Below are positions 29,385 to 38,754 of a stretch of 64,000 nucleotides of DNA, in pieces. Every line of letters starts with the position of its first letter. Position 1 is the first letter of the stretch. Position numbers and translations under genes: made by a program. Location: the NCBI GenBank assembly GCA_903835065.1, contig CAILLO010000006.1:4839-68838 (forward strand), written 5' to 3'. The DNA comes from an uncultured Eubacteriales bacterium (GTDB lineage: Bacteria > Bacillota > Clostridia > Saccharofermentanales > UBA5734). The notes beneath the pieces were generated by a model that was not told the origin of the DNA, ran no database searches, and saw only the letters and a list, made by a program, of their open reading frames with translations.

Positions 29385-29455
29385 GCGTGATTCACGCATT
29401 TTCGACGCGGGGGAGAGGGGTTTGCGGGACCTGGCCTATCGTGATAGTATGAGGG
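29385..29455. promoter_or_regulatory. Dyad elements in the LCP / blaI divergent promoter: ATCACGC-N6-GCGTGAT plus a long-range inverted copy TACTATCACG ... CGTGATAGTA
   Basis: Read directly from the sequence. Lies 30-95 bp upstream of the blaI ATG. Confidence 0.4.
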
Positions 29456-29481
29456 GCAGAACCGCCCGAGGAGGAACCGAG

Positions 29482-29841
29482 ATGAAGCCTGCCACGCTCT
29501 TCGACAGCGAATGGAAACTCATGGAGATCCTCTGGGAATCCGGACCGACGTCCGCGAAGGAAGCCAGCCGGCTCGCCGCGGACCGGATCGGCTGGAACAA
29601 GAACACGACCTACACGGTGCTGAAGAAGCTCGTCGACAAGGGATACCTCGACCGCAGCGAGCCCGGTTTCGTCTGCACGGCCAGGATCGGTCGCGAAGAC
29701 GCGCGCACCGAGGAAACGAGCCACCTGATCGACCGCCTCTTCGACGGGTCGAAGAAGGCCTTCTTCTCCCACTTCCTGGACCGCAAGGACCTGACGCCCG
29801 AGGAGATCGACGCATTGCGTACGCTGCTCGAGGACCGGTGA
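29482..29841 (+). CDS. blaI: BlaI/MecI/CopY family transcriptional repressor
   Basis: About 119 aa winged helix (EWKLMEILWESGPTSAKE...NTTYTVLKKLVDKGYL). GGAGGAA RBS. Confidence 0.85.
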   Translation: MKPATLFDSEWKLMEILWESGPTSAKEASRLAADRIGWNKNTTYTVLKKLVDKGYLDRSEPGFVCTARIGREDARTEETSHLIDRLFDGSKKAFFSHFLDRKDLTPEEIDALRTLLEDR

Positions 29842-29845
29842 TCCC

Positions 29846-30751
29846 GTGGTATCCACGACCTTCTACTGGCTGCTGAACATGAGCCTCGCCGCCAGCGCGG
29901 CCGGTCTCGCGATCCTGCTGGTGCGGCGCATCCCCGGTGTCCCGCGGTTCGCCGTCTATTCGCTCTGGGGCATCGTCCTGCTCCGGCTCGTCGTCCCGGT
30001 CTCGGTCGCGTACCGCTACAGCCTGATGGGGCTGATCGCCTCGCTGACCAGCCCCACGGTCGTGCCGGTGGGGGAGGGCAGCTTCACCAACATGATCCAG
30101 GCCGCCAACGCCTACGGCCCCGTCCACTATCGGACGCCGGCGCTGACGCAGGTCTTCGCCGTCGCGTCGGTCGTCTGGCTCGCGGGAGCGGTCCTGGCCT
30201 GGACCGCGATGGCCGCGACGTACCTCGCCGCGAGCCGCCAGCTGCGGGACGCGGTGCGCGTGGACGGGAATCTCTACCGGAGCGTCCGCGTCGACTCGCC
30301 CTGCGTCGTCGGTCTCCTCCGCCCGCGGATCGTCGTGCCGGAGGGCATGGAGGGCGAAGCGCTCGAATGGGCGCTGCACCACGAGAGGATCCACCTGCGG
30401 CGCCGGGACAACGTGACCCGGGCCGTCGCCCTGGCCGTCTGCGGGCTGCATTGGTTCAATCCGCTGGTCTGGCTGTTCCTGAAGGCGTTCTTCCAGGACA
30501 TGGAGTCCGCTTGCGACGCCGGCGTCCTCAAGGGCCGCTCCGAGCCGGAGAGACGGGCCTACGCCCGGGCGCTGCTGGATTGCGCCGATTCCCGGAGGCG
30601 GCTGCCGGTGCCGGCGTTCGGCGGCGGCACGGTCCGCCGCCGCATCGCGCTGCTGCTCGCCTATCGGCCCTACGCGTTCGCCGCGCTGCTGGGCTTCTCC
30701 GCCCTATGGGCCGCGATCGCGGTCGCGCTGCTGGCCAACCCGCCCGCCTAG
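29846..30751 (+). CDS. blaR1: BlaR1/MecR1-type M56 peptidase, sensor domain absent (TM + HExxH protease module only)
   Basis: HExxH (ALHHERIHLRRRD) in a polytopic membrane context. 301 aa, against about 585 aa for full-length BlaR1. Confidence 0.75.
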   Translation: MVSTTFYWLLNMSLAASAAGLAILLVRRIPGVPRFAVYSLWGIVLLRLVVPVSVAYRYSLMGLIASLTSPTVVPVGEGSFTNMIQAANAYGPVHYRTPALTQVFAVASVVWLAGAVLAWTAMAATYLAASRQLRDAVRVDGNLYRSVRVDSPCVVGLLRPRIVVPEGMEGEALEWALHHERIHLRRRDNVTRAVALAVCGLHWFNPLVWLFLKAFFQDMESACDAGVLKGRSEPERRAYARALLDCADSRRRLPVPAFGGGTVRRRIALLLAYRPYAFAALLGFSALWAAIAVALLANPPA

Positions 30752-30757
30752 TCCGGC

Positions 30758-32230
30758 CTAGCCGACGAGCAGCTTGTCCTCGGATGTCGGGACGATGACG
30801 TCTCCCCGCGTGTCGTGCTTGTACTGGTCGATGGTGCGACGCCAGACGAGATGCAGTCCGGCGTCGTAATGCGAGACGACCGCCTCGCTGTCCTGCCACA
30901 TCGAGGAAATATAGGGCGGCTGCGGCAACGCGCCCACGGTCTGCCGCGTGCACGCGGTGAACCCGCCGTCCTTCGTGGCGTGGAGCCAGTCCATCGTGCC
31001 GGGGAGGACGTCCAGTTCCCGGAGAAGCTTCCCGTCGGCCGAGAGGAGTTCGAGGAAGGCTTCCTGGCCGCCCGCGGCGGTCGGACGGAACCCGCCGAGT
31101 ACGGCGGTGCCGTCGGCGAGAGCCAGCGCGGACCGGTACCAGGTGTTCGCGGCCGTCGCGACGAAGGTCCACTTCAGGCTTCCCTGCCCGTCGAAGCGGA
31201 AGAGCGCGGACTGGGCCTTGGAACCGGATCCGGTCGTCGCGGACTCGACGGATTGGCCGAATCCGAAGATCCCGCCGGTCCCGTCCTGCAGCAGGAGCTC
31301 ATAGAGCTGGGCCTTCTCGGACAGGTCCGTCTTCCATGTCCGCACGAGCTGCGCGTCGTAGCACGAAAGGTGGGAGTCCATCGGGAACGCCGTGCCCTGC
31401 TGGCTGTCCATCCGTCCGGAGTCGCTCCGCCAGGAGAGGACCAGGCCGATCGGGTCGGCGTAGGTCGCGTCCATCAGGGAGTCGAATTCGCCCGAGCCGA
31501 TCGTGACGTCCTTCGTGAAACGGCCGTCGGACTCGATCCGGAGCAGGGAGAGGTCCGAATCGTGGGAATATGTGCCGTCCGGGAGCTTCGGCGTGACGGT
31601 CCCCGCGGACAGCAGAGCGCCGTCGGACAGCGGGAGCAGGAATTGGAACGCGTCGATGTCGACCTGGCCCTCCGCCGTCTTCCAGAGGAGCGTGCCGTCC
31701 GGCGAGAAGCGCCGCAGCAGCGAGACCTGCTCTCCTTGGGAGGACCCGGCGCGCGCGGCCGTCAGCGAGACGGCGAATCCGTCGTCCGGGAAGACGCAGG
31801 CCGTGGAGACATAGCCGCTGAAAGGATCCTGGCCGTACGTCCGGTCCCAGCGGACCTTTCCGTCGGCCTGGAAGCGGAGTGCCCGCAGGACGGACTGCGG
31901 ATTGCCGGCCGGGTCCTTCTTGTCGAGGGCGACGGTCGTGACGAGGAGACAGCCGCCGTCGGACAGCGCCAGGGCCTGGTTCGGGGACACGCCGTCCGGC
32001 AGTGCGAGGCGCAGGGCGGGCACGGCGGAAAGGGCCACCGGCGGAATGGCGACGTAGTGCGCGTCCACGCCGACCGTGCCCCAATCGGCCGGGGCCTTCG
32101 TCGGCGTGAAGCCGGGCGGGTCGAGCGGGTCCGACGTGGCGGTCGCGGTCGCGCAGGCGGACAGGAGTGCGGGGAAAAGGACGAGGACCGCGAAGAGACG
32201 GGTCATTCGGGCGCGCAGCATGGGAGCCAC
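30758..32230 (-). CDS. Lipoprotein with repeated xDG beta-propeller-like blades (hypothetical)
   Basis: Signal peptide with lipobox LLSAC. About nine DG-containing repeats roughly every 40 aa. Confidence 0.5.
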   Translation of the reverse strand: MAPMLRARMTRLFAVLVLFPALLSACATATATSDPLDPPGFTPTKAPADWGTVGVDAHYVAIPPVALSAVPALRLALPDGVSPNQALALSDGGCLLVTTVALDKKDPAGNPQSVLRALRFQADGKVRWDRTYGQDPFSGYVSTACVFPDDGFAVSLTAARAGSSQGEQVSLLRRFSPDGTLLWKTAEGQVDIDAFQFLLPLSDGALLSAGTVTPKLPDGTYSHDSDLSLLRIESDGRFTKDVTIGSGEFDSLMDATYADPIGLVLSWRSDSGRMDSQQGTAFPMDSHLSCYDAQLVRTWKTDLSEKAQLYELLLQDGTGGIFGFGQSVESATTGSGSKAQSALFRFDGQGSLKWTFVATAANTWYRSALALADGTAVLGGFRPTAAGGQEAFLELLSADGKLLRELDVLPGTMDWLHATKDGGFTACTRQTVGALPQPPYISSMWQDSEAVVSHYDAGLHLVWRRTIDQYKHDTRGDVIVPTSEDKLLVG

Positions 32231-32249
32231 CTTCTTTCGGGCGGAGCCG

Positions 32250-32748
32250 CTATCCGGGTTTCGCCGTGTAGAAACCTTCGTTCTTCGAAATCAGGACGTG
32301 CAGGACGTTCGTCGTGCGCCCCGCCATCGTGGCGGTCACGGTGACCTGGAGCGCGTCGCTCACGGGAATCGAGACGGTGCCGCCGTTCCCGTCGAGCAGC
32401 GGGGACCAGTAGAAGGTCCTCGCCGCGCCGGAGGACGTGAACGTCACGGTCGACCCCTGCGACATAACCTTGCTGCCGGTGTCGGCTCCCCATCGCTCCA
32501 GGTCGCCCTGCGCGGCGGTCGCCTGGACCTGGGCTCCGTCCTCGGCGAGGATCGTGATCGGGAGACCCGGGACGGAATCCATCATGAGGGAGTAACTCGG
32601 GACCGGCAGCGTGACTTCCAGCGTCACGGGACGCGTGGCGGCGCAGGCCGTCGGGACGAGCGCGAGGGCGGCCGCGAGGAGCAGGGCCGGCAGACGGCGG
32701 AGGAACCGGAGTTGCGGGGAGGAGGGGTTCTTCGCGAGGCGCTTCATG
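32250..32748 (-). CDS. Small lipoprotein (hypothetical)
   Basis: Start at MKRLAK. Lipobox LVPTAC. About 166 aa. The track ORF extends to 32963, but the upstream part lacks a coding signal. Confidence 0.45.
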
Positions 32749-32955
32749 GGATCCACCTGGCTTTCCGAGGGGCCATCGACGATCGAGAAGATCATCGTAC
32801 TATAGCAGTAGTCCGAATACAGGATAGCACGGCCCGCACGGCCCGTCAATCGCCCGGTGGGACCGTCCGACGATTCCACTTGACCGGAAGCGCGCATCCC
32901 GAGGTATCCTAGGGAAGAGATCCCGGCCGAGGCCGGGCCGGGAGGACGACCCACG

Positions 32956-34011
32956 ATGGACACGCCGCGCGAGGCCTACCTGAAAGCCGTCCGGTTCGAA
33001 ACGCCGGACTTCGTTCCGATGTCCTATAGGATCAACGACGCGTGCTGGCGGAACTACGACCCGGACACGCTGCTCGAGCTGATGGACCGGCACCCGTTCC
33101 TGTTCCCGCCCGAGGACCGGCCCGCCGACCCGTCGCACCCCGTCTTCGCGCTCGTCGCCCGGCGCGACGAGCCCTATGCGGACGACTTCGGCTGCGTCTG
33201 GCGGACGCTCGAGGACGGCATCACGGGCACGGTCGTGACGCACCCTCTCTCCGATTGGGCGCGCTACCCTTCGTACGTCATGCCCGACCCGGCCGCCTGC
33301 ACGGGCATCGGCCCGGTCGACTGGGCCGCCGAGCGCGCACGGGCGGAGGCTCTCCGCACCGCCGGGAAGCTCGCGGTCGGCAGGCTCCGCCACGGGCACA
33401 CGTTCCTCCAGCTGTGCGACCTGCGAGGCTATGAGAACCTGATGTACGACTTCGCGGACGATGGACCGGAGATCCGTCGGCTGATCGCCGACCTCGAGGA
33501 ATTCAACGCGGGGATCCTGGCGCGCTGGCTCGACCTCGGCGTCGACGTCGTCGAGATCCCGGAGGACCTCGGCATGCAGGTCGGGCCGATGCTGTCGCCC
33601 GACCATTTCCGCAGGTTCATCCGACCCAGCTACCGGCGGTTCACCCGGATGGTCCGCGAACGGGGCGCGATCGTGCACATGCATTCGGACGGCGACATCC
33701 GGGACCTCGCGGACGACCTCGTCGAGGGCGGCGTCGAGGTCCTCAACCTGCAGGACCTGGTCAACGGGATCGACTGGATCGCCGGGCGGTTCGGCGGGAA
33801 GGTGTGCGTCGAACTCGACGTCGACCGGCAGCAGGTCACCGTGCGCGGCACGCCCGAGGAGGTCGACCGGCTCGTGCGCGAGGAAGTCGGAAGGATCGGC
33901 TCGCGGCGGGGCGGACTGATGATGGTCTTCGGGCTGTATCCGGGCGTTCCGCTCGCGAACGTGCGGGCGCTCATGGACGCCATGGAGCGGTACGCCTTCT
34001 TCTACGCGTAG
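32956..34011 (+). CDS. Uroporphyrinogen decarboxylase (URO-D) family protein (MtaA/CmuA-like)
   Basis: 351 aa with URO-D family architecture (cobalamin-independent methyltransferase / decarboxylase fold). The assignment is by overall pattern and is tentative. Confidence 0.55.
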   Translation: MDTPREAYLKAVRFETPDFVPMSYRINDACWRNYDPDTLLELMDRHPFLFPPEDRPADPSHPVFALVARRDEPYADDFGCVWRTLEDGITGTVVTHPLSDWARYPSYVMPDPAACTGIGPVDWAAERARAEALRTAGKLAVGRLRHGHTFLQLCDLRGYENLMYDFADDGPEIRRLIADLEEFNAGILARWLDLGVDVVEIPEDLGMQVGPMLSPDHFRRFIRPSYRRFTRMVRERGAIVHMHSDGDIRDLADDLVEGGVEVLNLQDLVNGIDWIAGRFGGKVCVELDVDRQQVTVRGTPEEVDRLVREEVGRIGSRRGGLMMVFGLYPGVPLANVRALMDAMERYAFFYA

Positions 34012-34182
34012 GTTCCGAAGCGCTCGGTCGCGTCGCGCAGCGCGCGCAGGTTCTCCGGCGGCACCCGCGGCGACGCGGAGCAGGCCGTGCTCAGGATGTA
34101 GCCGCGCGGGCGGACCCGGGACGCGAAGAGAAGCCCCCGCACGGCGTGCGGGGACCCCTCCGATGTCCTGGACTCGAGCGCG

Positions 34183-36225
34183 TCAGTCGTCCTGCAGCGC
34201 GTCGTATCCCTCTTCCCCGGTGCGGACCCGGATGACGTTCTCCACGTCGTAGACGAAGAGCTTGCCATCGCCGATGTGGCCCGTGTAGAGCGCCTTCTTG
34301 GCGGTCTCGATGACCTTGCGGACCGGGACCTTCGAGACGACGATCGAGACCTGCACCTTGGGCAGCAGGTTCATCTCCTTCTCGACGCCGCGGTAGTATT
34401 CCGTCTTTCCCTTCTGGATGCCGCAGCCGAGGACCTGCGTCACGGTCATGCCTGCGATGCCGATGTCGTTCATGGCCTCCTTCAGGAGCTCGAACTTGCT
34501 CAGCTTGGTGATGATGTCGATCTTGGTGAACTTCACGTCGGAGGCCATGAGGGTGGACGGGGAGGTCACGAGCTCGACGGGGACGGCCCGGTCGATGTGC
34601 ACTTCCGGATTCTTCGGGACCGGCGGGGCGAGGGGGCCGCCGTGGGCCAGCCGGTGGTTGAAGCGGGCGAGCTGCGGAATCGGGGCGTTGTCGGCGGAGT
34701 CGTAGTCGAGTTCGGAGGCGGCGCGGACGTTGTCCGGGTAGGCGAGCACGCCCATCTCCGGGACGTCCAGGCCTTCCAGTTCGTCCTCCGGCGCGGAGCG
34801 CAGACCCCAGACGCGGTCGAGGACTCGGAAGAACGCGTAGGAGACGCCGAAGCCGAAGACCAGCAGCACGCCGACGGCGATGAGCTGGGCGACGAACTGG
34901 GACGCGTCGCCGTAGAACAGGCCGCGCACGCCGCCGGCCACGCCGTTGTACCCGTCGCCGTAGGATCCGTCCGCGAATAGGCCGAGCGACAGTACGCCCC
35001 AGAATCCGTTCACGCCGTGGACCGAGATGGCGCCGACCGGGTCGTCGAGCTTGAATCGGTTCTCGACGAACGGGACGGCCAGGCAGACCAGCACGCCGGC
35101 GACGGCGCCGATCGCGAAGGCCGACAGGCCGTTGACGAAGGCGCAGGGGGCGGTGATGGCGACGAGGCCCGCCAGCGCGCCGTTGGCGGTCATGGACGGG
35201 TCGGGCTTGCCGAACCTGATCCACATGAAGGCCATGGCGACGAGCCCGCCGATGGCGCCCGCGATCATGGTGTTGGTGGCGACGACCGACAGGCGGAGGT
35301 CGGTGGCGTTGAGCGTGGAGCCCGCGTTGAAGGCGAACCAGCAGAAGAACAGGATGATCGTGCCGATGATGGCCATCGGGATGTCGTGGCCCGGGAAGGC
35401 GCGCGCCGTGCCGTCCTTCTTGAACTTGCCGATGCGGGGGCCGATGACGATCGCGCCGGCCAGCGCCAGCATCCCGCCCATCGAGTGGACCACCGCGGAG
35501 CCGGCGAAGTCGACGACGCCGTGGCCCAGTCCGAAGTTCTTGCCGAGGGTCGACAGCCAGCCGCCGCCCCAGACCCAGTTGGCGAACACGGGATACAGGA
35601 AGATGGAGATGAAGAACGAGGTGATGACGACGGCCGAGTACTTGACGCGTTCGGCCATGGCGCCGGTGGGGATCGTGACGGTAGTGTCCATGAAGACCAT
35701 CTGGAAGAAGAACAGGGCGTAGATGCCGGCGTCGTAGGTGCCGACCAGGCCGAAGCCCTTGAGTCCGAGGATGCCGCCGAATCCCGGGACGGACAGCATC
35801 GCGTTGAGGGCGGAGCCGCCCGAGCCGAGGCCGGCCGCACCGCCGGATCCGCCCATCTGCAGGGCGAAGCCGACGAGGAAGTAGCCGATCGCGCCGACCA
35901 GGAAGACCATGAAGTTCATCGTGATGGTGTGGGCGGCGTTCTTGGAGCGGCAGAAGCCGGTCTCGACCATGGCGAAGCCGCACTGGAAGAAGAACACGAG
36001 GAAGGCGCAGATCATGACCCAGACGTAGTTGGCGCCGAGCATCGCCTTGTTGGCGGTCGTCGCGACGTCGGTGAGGGTCTCGGTGCCGGTCGTGGCGGAG
36101 TAGGAGGCGCCGGTCGGGTCGGCGGCGGAGGAATCGCCGATGAACCGGCTGGCGATGACGAGAATCGCGGCGAACGCGACGATGGCGACGAGGATGAGGA
36201 TCAGGGACTTCCTGGGAATCTTCAT
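34183..36225 (-). CDS. amt: Ammonium transporter (Amt) fused to a C-terminal P-II (GlnK/GlnB) domain
   Basis: 680 aa. The N-terminal roughly 470 aa is Amt/MEP/Rh (FLVFFFQCGFAMVETGF, multiple TMs). The C-terminal roughly 110 aa is P-II-like (KFTKIDIITKLSKFELLKEAMNDIGIAGMTVTQVLGCGIQKG...YRG...). Confidence 0.9.
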   Translation of the reverse strand: MKIPRKSLILILVAIVAFAAILVIASRFIGDSSAADPTGASYSATTGTETLTDVATTANKAMLGANYVWVMICAFLVFFFQCGFAMVETGFCRSKNAAHTITMNFMVFLVGAIGYFLVGFALQMGGSGGAAGLGSGGSALNAMLSVPGFGGILGLKGFGLVGTYDAGIYALFFFQMVFMDTTVTIPTGAMAERVKYSAVVITSFFISIFLYPVFANWVWGGGWLSTLGKNFGLGHGVVDFAGSAVVHSMGGMLALAGAIVIGPRIGKFKKDGTARAFPGHDIPMAIIGTIILFFCWFAFNAGSTLNATDLRLSVVATNTMIAGAIGGLVAMAFMWIRFGKPDPSMTANGALAGLVAITAPCAFVNGLSAFAIGAVAGVLVCLAVPFVENRFKLDDPVGAISVHGVNGFWGVLSLGLFADGSYGDGYNGVAGGVRGLFYGDASQFVAQLIAVGVLLVFGFGVSYAFFRVLDRVWGLRSAPEDELEGLDVPEMGVLAYPDNVRAASELDYDSADNAPIPQLARFNHRLAHGGPLAPPVPKNPEVHIDRAVPVELVTSPSTLMASDVKFTKIDIITKLSKFELLKEAMNDIGIAGMTVTQVLGCGIQKGKTEYYRGVEKEMNLLPKVQVSIVVSKVPVRKVIETAKKALYTGHIGDGKLFVYDVENVIRVRTGEEGYDALQDD

Positions 36226-36289
36226 TCGGATCTCCTTTCAGGCCGGGGGCATCCGGATGGGCTGCGGGACAGGGGGCGACGGTCGCGCT

Positions 36290-36592
36290 CTAGCGGCGCT
36301 GTCGGGACTTGTCCGACCGGAAGTTGTCCCAGGAGAACCGGGACGTATCCTTGTAAACTTCGGCCCGGAGCTTCCGGACGGAAAGCAGGTACCGGACGCC
36401 CAGGAACATCAGGACGACGCCGAACACGGCTCCGGGGACCTGGGATCCCATGACCGTGAACTGGAAATCCTCGAGCGTGCAATCGATGCCGAACGCGGCA
36501 CCGCCCACCAGGATCATGACGGCCAGGACGAACAGCAGGACGATGGGGCTGGACTTGGAAGGGTCGACTTTCATCTGCGCGGGTGTCTTCAT
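36290..36592 (-). CDS. Small two-TM membrane protein (hypothetical), first gene behind the amt leader
   Basis: 100 aa. Strong RBS GAGGAGAGGAGG. Two hydrophobic helices. It lies between the attenuator leader and amt-glnK. Confidence 0.45.
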   Translation of the reverse strand: MKTPAQMKVDPSKSSPIVLLFVLAVMILVGGAAFGIDCTLEDFQFTVMGSQVPGAVFGVVLMFLGVRYLLSVRKLRAEVYKDTSRFSWDNFRSDKSRQRR

Positions 36593-36599
36593 GTGTCTA

Positions 36600-36771
36600 C
36601 CTCCTCTCCTCGCTTTTCCGAAAATGCCGAAGGCGCCTGCCCGGACTGTCCGGACAAGCGCCTTCGCTCGTACAGAAAAGGCGCCTCTGACCGTCGGATC
36701 AGAAGCGCCTTCGCTGTTTGTGGGGGAGTATACGGGGTCGGCGGCGGGTTGTCAATCCCGGGTCCGGGATT
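36600..36771 (-). promoter_or_regulatory. Consensus sigma70 promoter (TTGACA-17-TATACT) with an upstream 8-2-8 palindrome AATCCCGGgtCCGGGATT, followed by a roughly 130-nt leader carrying two tandem terminator-like hairpins
   Basis: -35 at about 36750-55 and -10 at about 36727-32 on the minus strand. Hairpin 1 (about 36675-36714) is a 13-bp stem followed by UUUUC. Hairpin 2 (about 36618-36665) is an 11+5 bp stem followed by GGCAUUUUCGG. Both hairpins share GCGAAGGCGCUU...AGGCGCCUU arms. Confidence 0.6.
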
Positions 36772-36777
36772 CGGATC

Positions 36778-37716
36778 CTACAGCCTCCGGATCACCGTCG
36801 GGTCGATGTGCGCGAGGTCCGGAGAGGCGGTGCGGCCCATGCACGAAGCGAGCACCTCGGTCACCGAGACGATCTTCTCCGCCACACCTTCCGCTCCCCC
36901 TTCGGCCAGGGAGTCCATCAGGGAGCGCCCGAACGACACGGCGGTCGCCCCGAGCGCCAGCGCCTTGAACGCGTCGATGCCGGTCATCAGGCAGCCGTCC
37001 AGGAAGACGGGGATGCGGCCGGCGACGGCCTTCGCGATCTCCGGAAGGACGAGCAGCGGGGGCACGGCGTAGTCCTGGATGCCGTGGTGGTGCGAGAGGA
37101 CGATGCCGCGCACGCCGGCCTCCAGGCCCTTGAACGCATCCTGCAGGCTCAGGGTGCCCTTGAGGAGGAACGGCACGTCACCCGCCGCCGCGACGTAGCG
37201 TCGGATATCGGCGGCGGACTTGGCACCCATCGCGACGCCCTTGACCTCTCCGAGCTGGCCCCGCTGGTTGAACGAGTGGTCGACGTCCATGCCGATGCCC
37301 AGCACGCCGCAGGACTTCGCGTGGGCGATCCGCCGCATCGCGACGTCCTCGTCGGCGTAGGGCTTGAGCACGACGACCGTGCGGGCGCCCGTCGCGACGA
37401 TGCTCTCGAGCTCCGCTTCGTCGCCGAACCCGGCCCAGTACACCGCTCCGGCCAGCGCGGCGCCGCGCGCCAACTCGACCATGCCGTTCGGGCGGATCCA
37501 TTCGAGGTGCGACAGGGCGGCGGTCATGACCGGCGTCGCGAACGTCTCCCCGTACAGCGTCAGCGCGGTGGAGGGGACGACGGCGTCGAGGTAGCGCGGC
37601 TCGATCAGCAGCGAGTCGAGGTATTCGCGCGCGATCCGGTTCGAGTCGCCGGGGCGCGGCTGGGTCATCGGGAAAATCTCCGAGGGCTTTCTGGGCTTCT
37701 GGGTCGTCTCTTCCAT
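36778..37716 (-). CDS. FMN-dependent alpha-hydroxy acid dehydrogenase/oxidase family (LldD/glycolate oxidase-like)
   Basis: TIM-barrel FMN motifs (GIVLSHHHG, DGCLMTGIDAFKALALGA). About 312 aa from MEETTQK. The track ORF's upstream extension is non-coding. Confidence 0.75.
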   Translation of the reverse strand: MEETTQKPRKPSEIFPMTQPRPGDSNRIAREYLDSLLIEPRYLDAVVPSTALTLYGETFATPVMTAALSHLEWIRPNGMVELARGAALAGAVYWAGFGDEAELESIVATGARTVVVLKPYADEDVAMRRIAHAKSCGVLGIGMDVDHSFNQRGQLGEVKGVAMGAKSAADIRRYVAAAGDVPFLLKGTLSLQDAFKGLEAGVRGIVLSHHHGIQDYAVPPLLVLPEIAKAVAGRIPVFLDGCLMTGIDAFKALALGATAVSFGRSLMDSLAEGGAEGVAEKIVSVTEVLASCMGRTASPDLAHIDPTVIRRL

Positions 37717-37889
37717 GGACTTCCTTCCTCTTCCGGACTTCGCCGAAACCGCGGGCGGGCTGCCTCCCGCATTATACCGCGGGACGGCGGCGAGCGGGCG
37801 CCCGGAATCGGGACAGCGCGGCGAGCCCCTGCGCGGCGTGAGGGAACCACATGGGCTCCGCGTGCGTCTAAAGGCATATCGGGAGGGAG

Positions 37890-38315
37890 GTGGACCCCTT
37901 GGCCGGACGAATCGGACGCTCGATCCTGTCGGGACTGCTGATCGCGGTGACGATCGCCCTGTCGACCTACGCCGTCCTCGACCACCTCGTGGGCGCGGTG
38001 CAGGCGACGGACAGCGGCGTCCAGGGCACCGCATGGGTCGGACCGGTCTCGCCCGTCCAGAAGGCCGGCGACGCCAGCGAGCAGGTCTATGCGAACGCCT
38101 GGATCCTCGTGAAGGACGCGGCGGGGAGGACCGTCGCGACGGCCGTCTCCGACAAGGCCGGACTGTACCGCGTGGCCCTCTCCCCGGGAAACTACACGCT
38201 CAGCCCGCAGCCGCCCGTGGGGAGCGCCCTGCCGCGCGGCGCGGACGTGGTCGCGGAGGTCGTGAAGGGACGGTTCACCCGGCTCGACGTGCATTATGAT
38301 TCGGGAATCCGATAG
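37890..38315 (+). CDS. Small secreted protein with carboxypeptidase-regulatory-like beta-sandwich (hypothetical)
   Basis: N-terminal TM/signal segment. A ...GLYRVALSPGNYTL... pattern resembles CarboxypepD_reg/transthyretin-like domains. Confidence 0.4.
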   Translation: MDPLAGRIGRSILSGLLIAVTIALSTYAVLDHLVGAVQATDSGVQGTAWVGPVSPVQKAGDASEQVYANAWILVKDAAGRTVATAVSDKAGLYRVALSPGNYTLSPQPPVGSALPRGADVVAEVVKGRFTRLDVHYDSGIR

Positions 38316-38442
38316 CGGACTCCACCTCGCCGCCGACGCCGGGGGCCTCCGCCGACCGAAGACTCGTCACGCCCCGATCCGGACGCTATACTGGGAGCGG
38401 TGCGACCGGCCTGAAGCCCGTCGCTTTCAGGAGGGCTCCGAC

Positions 38443-38754
38443 ATGACCGTTCCCCACGTCCGCCACATCGTCCTGTTCACGCTCCGCCACGCCCGCGGCT
38501 CCGCCGAGGAGCGCGCGTTCCTCGCCGACGGCGAGCGGATCCTGGCGTCGATTCCCGGCGTCGAGCATTTCGAGGCACTGCGGCACGTCAGCGCCAAGAC
38601 CGATTTCGACTTCTGCTTCTCCATGGAATTCGCGGACCGCGCGACCTATGACCGCTACAGCGCGCATCCCGACCACGGCGGTTTCGTCGCGCGCCGCTGG
38701 GCGACCGAAGTCGCAAGGTTCCAGGAGATCGATCTCGAGGGAGTCGCGCAGTGA
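38443..38754 (+). CDS. Dabb-family stress-responsive alpha/beta-barrel protein
   Basis: About 103 aa from MTVPHVRHIVLF after an AGGAGGG RBS. The length and pattern fit the dimeric alpha/beta barrel family. Confidence 0.6.
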   Translation: MTVPHVRHIVLFTLRHARGSAEERAFLADGERILASIPGVEHFEALRHVSAKTDFDFCFSMEFADRATYDRYSAHPDHGGFVARRWATEVARFQEIDLEGVAQ

